Position numbers and translations under genes: made by a program. A stretch of 64,000 nt of DNA. It comes from Candidatus Latescibacterota bacterium (GTDB taxonomy: Bacteria > Latescibacterota > UBA2968 > UBA8231). Shown here piece after piece: positions 19,641-31,328 of the stretch. The stretch covers positions 5,216,001-5,280,000 of the forward strand of contig OZ244561.1 of assembly GCA_965217585.1 (NCBI GenBank), written 5' to 3'. Every line of letters starts with the position of its first letter. The stretch's first letter is position 1. The notes beneath the pieces were generated by a model. The model was not told the origin of the DNA, ran no database searches, and saw only the letters and a program-made list of their open reading frames with translations.

Positions 19641-21014
19641 TTAGTGGATGACTTCGACGCCCCGTGCTTGTAGGGTGGGGATGTGTTCGTTGCGGGCTTG
19701 GTCGCTGAGAGGATTGCCTTCCAATCTTACTTGATCACCGTCATCTAGGCCGGGATGGACGACTAGAGGATTTAGGTCGGCAATCTGATTGTAATCCAGA
19801 TATAGCTCTTGCAGTTTGATTAGTTGCTTGAGCGGGGTTATATCGACAATCTGGTTATAACCTATCCATAGCTGTGTCAGATTGTTTAATTGGCTTAGCG
19901 GGGTTATATCGGCAATCTGGTTGCGGCCGGGCAAGGTTAGATAACGGAGGTTGCTTAATTGTCTCAGTGGGGTTATATCGGCAATCTCGTTGCGGCCGGG
20001 CAAGGTTAGGTAACGGAGGTTGCTTAATTGTCTCAGTGGGGTTATATCGACAATCTCATTGTTGTTCAGCTCTAGATAACGCAGATTACTTAATTGTTCC
20101 AGCGGGGTTATATCGACAATATAGTTGCCATACAAATCCAGCCGCTGCAGGGCCACAAAGTGCTCAATACCCACCAGACTGCGAATGTCCTTACTTATGG
20201 CCTTGATCTCGGTCAAGGAAGCGACTTCCTCCAGCGTAAGGCGGCCCTGCGGTCGGTCCAGCGCCTGTCGCACTGCCTCCTCTAGATTCGAGTCATCGAA
20301 CAAGGAGGCATAGCGGAGAATCACGCCTTCCCGCAAACCCAGACTTCCTGTAAACACTTGCATTTCCAAGGGATCGATTTCTCCAATCGAGGCCGCCGCT
20401 AGCTGCTGCATCTGTCTCAGGTGCGCCACCAGCGTCTCTATGTCCTCTGGGTGATCCACTCTAACTATCAAGGTACTGGTATCGAGTTGCACCGCGACTC
20501 GTCCCGTCTGGTCATGCCAGCGCTTCCACAAAAACGCTGCCACCGCCTCCCAGCCGATCAACCGGATCTCCTCCACTGGCTCTAGCAAAGATTCAGCGCT
20601 CGTGTCAATTTGCCAGTCGATGGAGACCAGCCCCTCTGGCAGGTCAACGGCTTCTTTGGGCTTCAATATCAAGCGCAGGAGAGTGCTCTCGGGCCGAGTC
20701 CAAACCAGCGTCTCCTGCACCTCTCCGACCGGATCGACGCAGCGAATCGCCACCAAACTGTCAGGCTGGCCTTGGTATTCGACCTGAAGACCGGCCAGCG
20801 CATCTCCCGCTTCATCGACCAAGTGCAGCCACAGGCCGCGCGGATACTGCGGCGACTCGATCAGCACGTGGCCGTCGGCATTGCTTTGCGCCTGCGCCCA
20901 GCCGGTGCTATCGACGCCGGTGGCAAAGAAGAGTTCGGTCTGCGCCGTCGCCGCAGAGGCCCCGAGTGCTGCCAGTGCTAGGAGGATTCCTGATTGAAGG
21001 ATCGCCGCGCGCAT
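19641..21014 (-). CDS. Secreted internalin-like leucine-rich-repeat protein (~7 LRRs)
   Basis: Signal peptide; D.NLE.AVR..L cap; 22-23-aa LxxLxxLxLxxNxIxDITPL repeats; L.GNPLS C-cap. Confidence 0.88.
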   Translation of the reverse strand: MRAAILQSGILLALAALGASAATAQTELFFATGVDSTGWAQAQSNADGHVLIESPQYPRGLWLHLVDEAGDALAGLQVEYQGQPDSLVAIRCVDPVGEVQETLVWTRPESTLLRLILKPKEAVDLPEGLVSIDWQIDTSAESLLEPVEEIRLIGWEAVAAFLWKRWHDQTGRVAVQLDTSTLIVRVDHPEDIETLVAHLRQMQQLAAASIGEIDPLEMQVFTGSLGLREGVILRYASLFDDSNLEEAVRQALDRPQGRLTLEEVASLTEIKAISKDIRSLVGIEHFVALQRLDLYGNYIVDITPLEQLSNLRYLELNNNEIVDITPLRQLSNLRYLTLPGRNEIADITPLRQLSNLRYLTLPGRNQIADITPLSQLNNLTQLWIGYNQIVDITPLKQLIKLQELYLDYNQIADLNPLVVHPGLDDGDQVRLEGNPLSDQARNEHIPTLQARGVEVIH

Positions 21015-21196
21015 GAGGAGAGTCCTTATTCGGTTGCCTTGGCTTTGACGATTAACTTGGGGACGCGCCCCTATCCCGTCCACTATGAACACTATAACGT
21101 GTTCAATACTATCAAATATACCATTTGGGCACCAGAATCAAGCACGGCGCGCGTGCCATTGGGCCTCGGCGGGAGGAAGCAGGGTGAGTTGGGCTT

Positions 21197-23317
21197 TCAT
21201 GGCGGGAGCCTTTCGCTGAAGAGGGACGGATGCGGGCGGTGGTGGGCCTCAACGTTTAACTTGGCGGGATAGCCGCGGGAGGGTACTGCGTGTAGGATGA
21301 CACTGACGCCCCTTACTTTCAGGGCGGGGATGTGTTCGTTGCGGGCTTGGTCGCTGAGGGGGTTGCCATGCAAATATATCCTATCGTCTTCACCTAGATC
21401 AGTGTTGGCGACTAAGGGCTTTATGTTCTCGATCTGATTATCCTGTAGAAACAGCGTTTCGAGGTTATCCAAGCCGGCCAGCGAGGTTAAATCGATAATT
21501 TGGTTGGTGGCCAGATCTAGGAATGTCAGGCTGTTCAATTGGGCTAGTGGCGTCAGATTGCTAATCTGGTTGGTGTTTAGCCTCAGCCATTCCAAGTTGT
21601 TCAATTGGGCCAGTGGCGTCAGATCGGCAATCCTGTTGTAGTCCAGCTCTAGGTATATCAGGTTGTTTAAGCCGACCAGCGGGGTCAGATCGCTAATCTG
21701 GTTCCTGCGTAGCCCTAGGTGTGTCAGGTTGTTCAATTGGGCCAGTGGCGTCAGATCTCTAATCTGGTTAGTGGGTAGAAGTAGCCATTCGAGGTTATTC
21801 AGGCTGGCCAGTGGCGTCAGATCGCTAATCTGATTAGTGCCTAGAATCAGCCTTTCTAAGTTGGTCAAATCAGCCAGCGGATTTAGGTCGCTAATCTGGT
21901 TGCCGCTTAGACTAAGGTATGTCAAGCTGTTCAATTGGGCTAGTAGAATCAGATCGGCAATCCTGTTGTGGTCCAGTGCTAGTGACTCTAGGTTATTCAA
22001 ATGGGTCAGCGGGGTTAGGCTGACAATCTGGTTCCAGCGCAGATGCAGCGATGTCAGGTTTTTTAAAAATACTAGCGGGGTTAGATCGGCAATCCTGTTG
22101 TGGTCCAGTGCTAGTGACTCTAGGTTGTTCAAATGGGTCAGCGGGGTTAGATCGGCAATCTGGTTCCAGCCCAGACGCAGCGATGTCAGGTTTGTTAAGG
22201 ATGCTAGCGGGGTTAGATCGGCAATCTGGTTCCCGCTCAGATGCAGCGATGTCAGGTTTGTTAAGGATGCTAGCGGGGTTAGATCGGCAATCTGGTTTTG
22301 CCACAGACTTAGGTCTGTCAGGTTGTTTAAGGATGCCAGTGGCGTCAGATCGACAATCTGGTTCCTGCCCAGATATAGCGATGTCAGGTTTGTTAAGGAT
22401 GCTAGCGGGGTTAGATCGGCAATCTGGTTAGTATAGTTCAAATCCAGCCATTGCAGGGCGGTAAGATGCTCGAGACCCGCCAAACTATGAATGTCTTTAC
22501 TCTCGACCGTGAGGGCGGTTAGGGAAGCGACGTCCTCTGGTGTAAGGCGGCCTTGTGGTCGGCCCAGCCTCCCCCGCACCATACGCTCTAGATTGGCGTC
22601 CGCGAACAAGGGGAAATAGAGGATCACGCCTTCCTGTAAAGAAGCAAAGCCTCCTCTAAACACTTGTGCGTATAGAGCGGTTTTTTCTTCAAGCGAGGTT
22701 CCTGCTGGCCGATGTACCTGTTTCAGGTGGGCCACCAGCGTCTCTATGTTCTCTGGGTGATCCATTCCAACTGCCAAGGTACTGGTATCGAGCTGCACCA
22801 CCACGCGCCCGGCTTGGTCCTGCCAGCGTTCCTGTAGGAAGGCTGCTACGGCCTCCCAGCCGATCAGCCGGGTCTCCGCCGGCTCTAGCAGAGATTCAGC
22901 GCTCGTGTCAATTTGCCAGTCAATGGAGACCAGCCCCGCTGGCAGGTCAGCGGCTTCTTTGGGCTTCAATATCAAGCGCAAGAGGGTGCCATCGGGCCGA
23001 GTCCAAACCAGCGTCTCCTGCACACCGCCGGTCGGATCAACGCAGCGTAAGACCACCAAGCTGTCGGGTCGGCCTTGGTATTCGACCTGAAGACCGGCCA
23101 GCGCACCCCCCGCTTCATCGACCAAGTGCAGCCACAGACCGCGCGGATACTGCGGCGACTCGATCAGCACGTGGCCGTCGGCATTGCTTTGCGCCTGTGC
23201 CCAGCCGGTACTATCGACGCCGGTGGCAAAGAATAATTCGGTCTGCGCCGTCGCCGCAGAGACCCCAAGTGCCGCGAATGTTAGGAGAATTCCTAATCGA
23301 ACAATAGACAGGTGCAT
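21197..23317 (-). CDS. Secreted internalin-like leucine-rich-repeat protein (~17 LRRs), paralogue of upstream-coordinate LRR gene
   Basis: N-terminal domain nearly identical to 19641-21014; 22-aa repeats LxNLxxLxLxxNQIxDLTPL. Confidence 0.9.
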   Translation of the reverse strand: MHLSIVRLGILLTFAALGVSAATAQTELFFATGVDSTGWAQAQSNADGHVLIESPQYPRGLWLHLVDEAGGALAGLQVEYQGRPDSLVVLRCVDPTGGVQETLVWTRPDGTLLRLILKPKEAADLPAGLVSIDWQIDTSAESLLEPAETRLIGWEAVAAFLQERWQDQAGRVVVQLDTSTLAVGMDHPENIETLVAHLKQVHRPAGTSLEEKTALYAQVFRGGFASLQEGVILYFPLFADANLERMVRGRLGRPQGRLTPEDVASLTALTVESKDIHSLAGLEHLTALQWLDLNYTNQIADLTPLASLTNLTSLYLGRNQIVDLTPLASLNNLTDLSLWQNQIADLTPLASLTNLTSLHLSGNQIADLTPLASLTNLTSLRLGWNQIADLTPLTHLNNLESLALDHNRIADLTPLVFLKNLTSLHLRWNQIVSLTPLTHLNNLESLALDHNRIADLILLAQLNSLTYLSLSGNQISDLNPLADLTNLERLILGTNQISDLTPLASLNNLEWLLLPTNQIRDLTPLAQLNNLTHLGLRRNQISDLTPLVGLNNLIYLELDYNRIADLTPLAQLNNLEWLRLNTNQISNLTPLAQLNSLTFLDLATNQIIDLTSLAGLDNLETLFLQDNQIENIKPLVANTDLGEDDRIYLHGNPLSDQARNEHIPALKVRGVSVILHAVPSRGYPAKLNVEAHHRPHPSLFSERLPP
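21420..22500 (-). repeat. 66-bp coding tandem repeats (LRR units)
   Basis: Recurrent gcggggttagatcggcaatctggtt / gccagtggcgtcagatc at ~66-nt period. Confidence 0.85.
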
Positions 23318-23468
23318 GAAGAGGCTCCCTATTCGGTTGCCTAGTCTTCGACTTTTAACCTGGAAACGCGCCCAAATTCTTTGTTGCTATCCCATCTATT
23401 ACTAAAACCATCTGAGCGCGTTCAACTATGTGCTGAACGTAACCGTTGGGTCACCAAAATCAAAGCGG

Positions 23469-23993
23469 CTAGGGTCGAGGTGCGGCGTTGCGCATGCGGA
23501 TGAAGGAAAACCGCATGGTGGATTGCAACACTGCGTTGCGTAGGGGCCACAGGGAAGGGGTGACGCGGATCTCCACGTCGCGGGCGGCCAAGCAGGCGAG
23601 AATATCGTCGATGGTTTCCACCGAACGGGGCGTCACCCCTTGGCGGGAGATATAGTATCCAGCGCCTTTATCCACCGGTTGGAAGGTTTCATTGGGCAGG
23701 GCATAAATGTAGAGGCACTCGGTGCGTAAAGCCTGCAACCAAGCCGTCTCAATGGCCACCACGTGGCGGGCGGTAGTGATGCCTAAAAAGCGTTCGGCGT
23801 CCTCGGCACTAGTCCGGGGACCAGTGTAGAAGGTGACCCGGGGACAGTCGCGCGGCACCAAGTAATTGTGCAGCAGGCGCTGGCCCACGGCCCAGACCAT
23901 GCGGCCGGTACAGGTGGTATTGCCCGGAGGCGGGGGACGCGGCTCAAAGCGGGTTATGCCGGGCTGGTCGCTGACGTGAAACAGCTCTTCCAT
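23469..23993 (-). CDS. Conserved hypothetical protein (DUF6886-like)
   Basis: MEELFHVS..PGI..FEPRP, VWAV, NYLVPRDCPRV, FSFIRMRNA. Confidence 0.65.
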   Translation of the reverse strand: MEELFHVSDQPGITRFEPRPPPPGNTTCTGRMVWAVGQRLLHNYLVPRDCPRVTFYTGPRTSAEDAERFLGITTARHVVAIETAWLQALRTECLYIYALPNETFQPVDKGAGYYISRQGVTPRSVETIDDILACLAARDVEIRVTPSLWPLRNAVLQSTMRFSFIRMRNAAPRP

Positions 23994-24053
23994 GGGACTT
24001 GAGACCGAAGAGGATCCTTGCCGCAAGACGGCGAAGGCAGCCCGTCGTCTGTG

Positions 24054-24962
24054 TCAAGAACTGGATTGCCGCTTCCGCAAGCCCTCTTGGAGAAAGACCT
24101 CGCGGTTGGGAAAATTGCCGGGCAGGGTAAAGCCGCCGTCAACGGCGATGAGCTGGCCGGTCATGTAGGGAATCTGGGTAAAGGCGTAGGCGGCGAAGGC
24201 GATGTCCTCGGGGCGTCCGATGCGGCGAATGGGTTGGGACCCCCCTTCGGCCATCAAACCGTAGATCTCGGCCACGGTGAATTCGCGGCCCGATTGCGGA
24301 TCTTCCACGCCCGAGGGGCGGCTCGTCATCGGCGTATCGACGACGCCGGGGCGCAGGGCGTTGACTGTGATGTTATAAGGCCCGCCGTCAAAGGCTGCGC
24401 CTGCGACCACGTGGTTGAGGCCGGCTTTGCTGACGCCGTAGGGAATGCGGGTGCTCTCGGGGGCAATATCCGAGATAGAGGTGATCAAGAGGATGCTGCG
24501 GTGGAGGGGATCCGCTTCTTGCGCGGCTTGTTCCACCATGTGCTTGAGGGCGCGTTGAGCCAGCCGGTAGGCCCCCATGAGGTTGAGGCTGAGGACGCGG
24601 TCCATCTCCTTGTCGAGGTGTTCGACCGGAGTTTCGCTAAAGTGGTAGCGGACGAGTCGGCCCTGTTCGTCGGCGACGTAGTTGGGCACGCCGCTGTTGC
24701 TGATTGCCACGTCGAGGCGACCAAAATGCGCGAAGGTGCGGTCCACTAGTTCGAAAGGGGCCTCTGGCTGCGAGAGATCGGCACCGAGGACTAGGGCTTC
24801 GACGGCGTGCTCGGCGCGAATGGCCGCGGCGATCTGGGCGGCGCGCTCCTCGCCAGAGTTGTAGTGGACCACCACATCGTAGCCTTGGGTGGCGTATTGG
24901 CGGATGATGGCCGCGCCAATCCCGCTCGAAGAGCCCGTGACCAAGCAAACCGGGCGCGACAA
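24054..24962 (-). CDS. Short-chain dehydrogenase/reductase
   Basis: VTGSSSGIG, YGVSK catalytic motif, VNALRPGVVDT, GQLIAVDGG; probable TTG start just after E1-beta stop. Confidence 0.9.
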   Translation of the reverse strand: MSRPVCLVTGSSSGIGAAIIRQYATQGYDVVVHYNSGEERAAQIAAAIRAEHAVEALVLGADLSQPEAPFELVDRTFAHFGRLDVAISNSGVPNYVADEQGRLVRYHFSETPVEHLDKEMDRVLSLNLMGAYRLAQRALKHMVEQAAQEADPLHRSILLITSISDIAPESTRIPYGVSKAGLNHVVAGAAFDGGPYNITVNALRPGVVDTPMTSRPSGVEDPQSGREFTVAEIYGLMAEGGSQPIRRIGRPEDIAFAAYAFTQIPYMTGQLIAVDGGFTLPGNFPNREVFLQEGLRKRQSSS

Positions 24963-24966
24963 AAGC

Positions 24967-25950
24967 CTAACCTCGCTGGGAGAGGACGGTCTCGACGATG
25001 CGCTCTTGGCTGGGAATGGTCGGCATCTCGAGGGTTGGACTGAAGGGAATGGGCACGTCGGCCGCGCCGATGCGCAAGACGGGTGCGTCGAGCCAATCGA
25101 ATGCCTCGGCGTTGAGGATGGAAGCGAGCTCGGCCGTGGTGCCGTAGCGCTCGACGCCTTCATCAATCACCACCGCATAGCCGGTTTTGCGCACCGAGGC
25201 CAGCAGGGTCTCCTTGTCCAGCGGCACCAAGGTGCGCGGATCGACGACCTCGGCTTCTAGGCCTTGGGCGGCAAGTTCTTCCGCCGCAGCCAAGGCGACG
25301 CCGACCATGCTGGAAGTGGCGACGAGGGTCAGGTCGGTACCGGCGCGCTTGATCTCGGCTGCGCCAAAGGGAATGAGGAAGTCGTCTTCTTCGGGAACGG
25401 GGCCGGAGTCGTTGTACATCATCTTGTCTTCAAAGAAGAGCACGGGGTTGTCGTCGCGGATCGCGGTCTTGAGCAGGCCCTTGGCGTCGCGTGGGGTTGC
25501 AGGGACGGCGACTTTGAGCCCGGGGATGTGGGCAAAGATTGCATGCAGGCTCTGCGAGTGCTGCGCGGCGGAAGAGCGCCCGGCTCCCATCGACAGTCGG
25601 ATCGTCAGCGGCACCTTGCACTGGCCGCCCGACATGTAGCGGATCTTGGCGGCCTGATTGACGATCTGGTCCATGGTCAACAGCGAAAAGTCGCCGAACA
25701 TCAGTTCGCATAAGGGGCGCATGCCGGTCATGGCGGCACCGACGCCAAGCCCGATATAGCCCGCCTCGGCAATGGGGGTGTCGATGACGCGCTCAGCGCC
25801 AAACTCCTCGAAGAGGCCCTCGCAGCATTTGAAGATGCCGCCGGAGGCCCCCACGTCCTCGCCCATGACAAAGACGGTCTCGTCACGGCGCATTTCCTCG
25901 GCGGTGGCTAGGCCGATCGCCTCTCTAAACAGCATGTCCCGATCAGGCAT
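24967..25950 (-). CDS. 2-oxoacid/acetoin dehydrogenase E1 beta subunit
   Basis: MGEDVG..GG, DTPIAE, QHSQ, DPRTLVPLD, LDAPVLR. Confidence 0.95.
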   Translation of the reverse strand: MPDRDMLFREAIGLATAEEMRRDETVFVMGEDVGASGGIFKCCEGLFEEFGAERVIDTPIAEAGYIGLGVGAAMTGMRPLCELMFGDFSLLTMDQIVNQAAKIRYMSGGQCKVPLTIRLSMGAGRSSAAQHSQSLHAIFAHIPGLKVAVPATPRDAKGLLKTAIRDDNPVLFFEDKMMYNDSGPVPEEDDFLIPFGAAEIKRAGTDLTLVATSSMVGVALAAAEELAAQGLEAEVVDPRTLVPLDKETLLASVRKTGYAVVIDEGVERYGTTAELASILNAEAFDWLDAPVLRIGAADVPIPFSPTLEMPTIPSQERIVETVLSQRG

Positions 25951-26953
25951 ATATATCCTCAAAAGCTTGTTCTGGCGGAGGGAAGGCGGCTTCTTTGCCG
26001 AATTCGATGGCGTCGAGGACCTCGCGCTCCACTTGCTCGTACAGGGTGTCGAGTTCGGCCTGTTTGGCGACCCGGTTGGCGATCATGTACTGGCCCAACA
26101 GGCGAATGGGGTCCTTGTTTTCAGACCACCAACCGACCTCATCGCGGGTGCGGTAGGTCTGGGCGTCGCCGACGTGGTGCCCGTGATAGCGGTAGGTTTT
26201 AGCTTCGATCAGGCTCGGGCCGTGGCCCTTGCGCGCCTTGGCCACGGCGGCGGTTACTTTTTCGCACATGTCCAGCACATCGGCACCGTCGGCGATAACC
26301 CCTTCGAGGCCAAGGCCCTTGGCGCGGTCGGCGATGTCGGTGACGCCGGTGACGCTCTCGTAGGGGGTGTGCTCGCCGTACTGGTTATTCTCGCAGATGT
26401 AGATGACCGGCAGGTTCCATATCACGGCCATGTTAATTGTTTCGAGCATAATCCCTTGGTTGGCAGCGCCGTCGCCGAAGAAGCAGACGCCCACTTGATC
26501 GGTACCCCGCAGCTTGGCCGAGAGGCCGGCGCCGGTGCAGATGCCGAAGCCGCCACCGACAATGCCGTTGGCACCGAGAATGCCCACCGACATGTCGGCG
26601 ATGTGCATGGAGCCGCCCTTGCCGCGGCAATAGCCGGCCTCCTTGCCCATGATTTCGGCCATCATGCGGTCGAGTTGACCTCCCTTGGCCAGACAGTGCC
26701 CGTGGCCGCGGTGCGTGCTGGTAATGTAGTCGGCGTCGCGCAGGGCCGCGCAAGTGCCTACGGCCACGCCTTCCTCGCCGATGTAGAGGTGAGCTAGGCC
26801 GGGCATCAGTCCGCGGGTATAGACGTCCCAGACGTGCTCTTCAAAGAGGCGGATCTCCGACATCTTGCGGTACATGAACCACAGTTTGTCGGGCGCGGCC
26901 CGGAGCTTAGCTTTCTTTTTTTGAGGCTTTTTTCGGGCAGTTGTCTTCGCCAT
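25943..26953 (-). CDS. 2-oxoacid/acetoin dehydrogenase E1 alpha subunit
   Basis: HLYIGEE, STHRGHGH, GKGGSMH, TPP motif GDGAANQG...ENN, TYRYHGH. Confidence 0.95.
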   Translation of the reverse strand: MAKTTARKKPQKKKAKLRAAPDKLWFMYRKMSEIRLFEEHVWDVYTRGLMPGLAHLYIGEEGVAVGTCAALRDADYITSTHRGHGHCLAKGGQLDRMMAEIMGKEAGYCRGKGGSMHIADMSVGILGANGIVGGGFGICTGAGLSAKLRGTDQVGVCFFGDGAANQGIMLETINMAVIWNLPVIYICENNQYGEHTPYESVTGVTDIADRAKGLGLEGVIADGADVLDMCEKVTAAVAKARKGHGPSLIEAKTYRYHGHHVGDAQTYRTRDEVGWWSENKDPIRLLGQYMIANRVAKQAELDTLYEQVEREVLDAIEFGKEAAFPPPEQAFEDIYA

Positions 26954-27021
26954 GTATCCGATCTCCGGCAATGCTCGTTAGGCAAAAAATAAGCGGGGTG
27001 GGTCCGATATCGTCAAGCGCG

Positions 27022-27058
27022 AAAAAGCCGGGAACCCCGTGGGGCGTCCCGGCTTTTT
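27022..27058. terminator. Rho-independent terminator after ferredoxin
   Basis: aaaaagccggga...tcccggcttttt. Confidence 0.8.
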
Positions 27059-27077
27059 TGCGCGAAGGGCGGGAGTC

Positions 27078-27392
27078 CTAGCTGGTCTTTTCGAATTCGG
27101 CCGCGTGTCCCTGCTTCCACTGGTCCCATTCTTCGGTGTCGTCGCGCAGCTCAAAGTACTTGGTGTTGATCTCGACGAAGCGGTCTTGGTCCTCGGGCAT
27201 GTCCTCTTCGGCGAAGATCGCCTCGACCGGGCACTCCGGCTCGCAGGCACCGCAATCGATGCACTCGTCCGGGTCGATGTAGAGCATGGGTTCGCCGTCG
27301 CCGTCGATTGGATGGATGCAGTCCACGGGGCAAACCTCGACGCAGGCCTTGTCTTTGACGTCTATGCAGGTTTCAGTGATGTAGTAAGCCAT
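27078..27392 (-). CDS. 7Fe-type (FdxA-like) ferredoxin
   Basis: CIDVKDKACVEVCPVDCI and CIDCGACEPECP. Confidence 0.93.
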   Translation of the reverse strand: MAYYITETCIDVKDKACVEVCPVDCIHPIDGDGEPMLYIDPDECIDCGACEPECPVEAIFAEEDMPEDQDRFVEINTKYFELRDDTEEWDQWKQGHAAEFEKTS

Positions 27393-27476
27393 GGGTTCCT
27401 CCCAATAAGATGCTATTGCTTCATTGTTTCTTTGAGTTTGGGAACTATCGCAAAAATACGGGCCTCTTTGCCTCTG

Positions 27477-28055
27477 TCAAGCGGCGAGATTGTCCAGCAG
27501 GGTCGCTGTGTCGGCGTCGGTTTGGCAGCGTATTCTCAGGTTGAGGCGTAGCTGAGGGGCTGGGTCGCGCTCCACTGCGTATTCGGCGTCTGCGAAGAGC
27601 TGCGCGAGTAGCGGCCCGAGGGCGGCCCGCAGGGTGTTTTCGCCTACTTCGTCGTTGGTTGCGTTGAGGCGATCGTTGGCTACTAGGAGCACGTCGCCGC
27701 AGCGAAATTTGACTTTGCCCGCTAGGCTGGGCTCTTCTTCGAGGCGTCGGCAGGCGGTGAGCGCAGCTGTGAATGCGCTGGCCAGCCGCTTTGCTAGGTC
27801 GCCATCTGCGGGCTGCTTGCGCGAGTAGAGCAAGCCCAGCTCGGCGCTGTGGTTATCGAGGCTGTAGTTGGCTTCGTGGCCGACGAGCAGGGTCAGCGGT
27901 CCCTCATCTAGATGACTGTAGTCGGCCACGTCGATGAGGACTTCGTCTGGGGTCGTCGGAATCCAACTATTGAATACGCGAAAGGCCTCTTGGGCCGATA
28001 GGGACTTGGGATCTTCGAGATAGAATTTGACGTTGATGCGCTGTAGGGTTTCCAT
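27477..28055 (-). CDS. Conserved hypothetical protein downstream of siroheme reductase
   Basis: METLQRINVKFY...FNSWI...LIDVADYSH...GP...GHEA; starts 5 nt after reductase stop. Confidence 0.7.
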   Translation of the reverse strand: METLQRINVKFYLEDPKSLSAQEAFRVFNSWIPTTPDEVLIDVADYSHLDEGPLTLLVGHEANYSLDNHSAELGLLYSRKQPADGDLAKRLASAFTAALTACRRLEEEPSLAGKVKFRCGDVLLVANDRLNATNDEVGENTLRAALGPLLAQLFADAEYAVERDPAPQLRLNLRIRCQTDADTATLLDNLAA

Positions 28056-28060
28056 GGGAC

Positions 28061-30298
<2,238 letters not shown>

Positions 30299-30367
30299 AC
30301 CTTAAACCGCCTCTATGTGGTTGTCGTCCAAATTGACTTTATAACATTAGGGATTTGCAAGAAACTG

Positions 30368-31225
30368 TCAAGATGAGTCGCCCGCTAGTTTGTCTCGCAT
30401 ATAGGCGCGGATTTGCGCCCCCCATTCCGGGTCGTCGAGCGCGTAGTCGATAAAGGCCGCAAAATAAGATAGATGGTTGCCAATGTCGCAGCGCTTTTCG
30501 TCGGCACCTAAGCGCACGGCGCGCACCGGGGCACCGGCGGCGATTAGGGCGGCAATCGCGTCGGTGAGATATACCTCACCACTCGGAGAGGGGACGGTGG
30601 CACGGATGTGGGCGAAAATGGCCGGAGAAAACACGTAGCGCGCACTAACGGCCAAGCGGCTGGAGGTTTGCGCGGGCGTTGGTTTTTCGAGTATGGCGGT
30701 CAGCTTGGAATCTTTGGCTGTGGGCACTTCGGGCACCAAGATGCCGTAGTGATGCATCTGCTCGTCTGGCACCTCGTACGCGCCGATGGTGCAGGCGGCG
30801 CGATGGCGCAGGTGCGAGTCAATCATTCGCTGCAACAGGGGGCGGTCGCTGCATGTGCGCACGATGCTGTCGCCGAAGGCTACGACAAAAGGCTCGCCGG
30901 CAGCAAAGGCCTCCCCGGTGGCGACCGCAGTACCGGTGCCGGGCGGCCGGGGTTGGCACACGGAGAAAAACTCGATGCCGCGCTCGCGATAGCCCAAGCG
31001 GCAGGCCGCCGCGCCGCTGTCGTCGAAGTGATCCTCAATCGCGCTCTTGTCGCGCCTGGTGACGAAGAGGATTTGGCGGATGCCGGCGGTTGCTAGCTCT
31101 TCGACGACGTGGTGGACGACCGGCAGGCGGCCCACCGGCAGCATTTCCTTGGGCAAGGATTTGGTGGTGGGCAGGAGTCGGGTGCCGAGGCCGGCGACCG
31201 GCACGATGGCTTTGGCGATATTCAT
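30368..31225 (-). CDS. UTP-glucose-1-phosphate uridylyltransferase-like nucleotidyltransferase
   Basis: KAIVPVAGLGTRLLPTTK..PKEMLP, LEKP, GEVYLTDAI, DIGN. Confidence 0.85.
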   Translation of the reverse strand: MNIAKAIVPVAGLGTRLLPTTKSLPKEMLPVGRLPVVHHVVEELATAGIRQILFVTRRDKSAIEDHFDDSGAAACRLGYRERGIEFFSVCQPRPPGTGTAVATGEAFAAGEPFVVAFGDSIVRTCSDRPLLQRMIDSHLRHRAACTIGAYEVPDEQMHHYGILVPEVPTAKDSKLTAILEKPTPAQTSSRLAVSARYVFSPAIFAHIRATVPSPSGEVYLTDAIAALIAAGAPVRAVRLGADEKRCDIGNHLSYFAAFIDYALDDPEWGAQIRAYMRDKLAGDSS

Positions 31226-31266
31226 CAGATGGACTCTCGCAAAAAATATGGTTGTGCTCCGGGCGT

Positions 31267-31295
31267 TTGACAAGCAGTAGGCGGAGCGATATTAT
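31267..31295 (+). promoter_or_regulatory. sigma70-type promoter
   Basis: TTGACA-17 nt-TATTAT upstream of the Nramp-like gene. Confidence 0.7.
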
Positions 31296-31328
31296 GGGCG
31301 ATCCACCAGCAAAATAGGAGTTGTTCCC

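Noticed and set aside
19800-22500. Periodic repeats as a possible CRISPR array or DGR
   Set aside because: They are in-frame 66/69-bp LRR coding units; no cas genes, no reverse transcriptase, no template/variable repeat pair seen.
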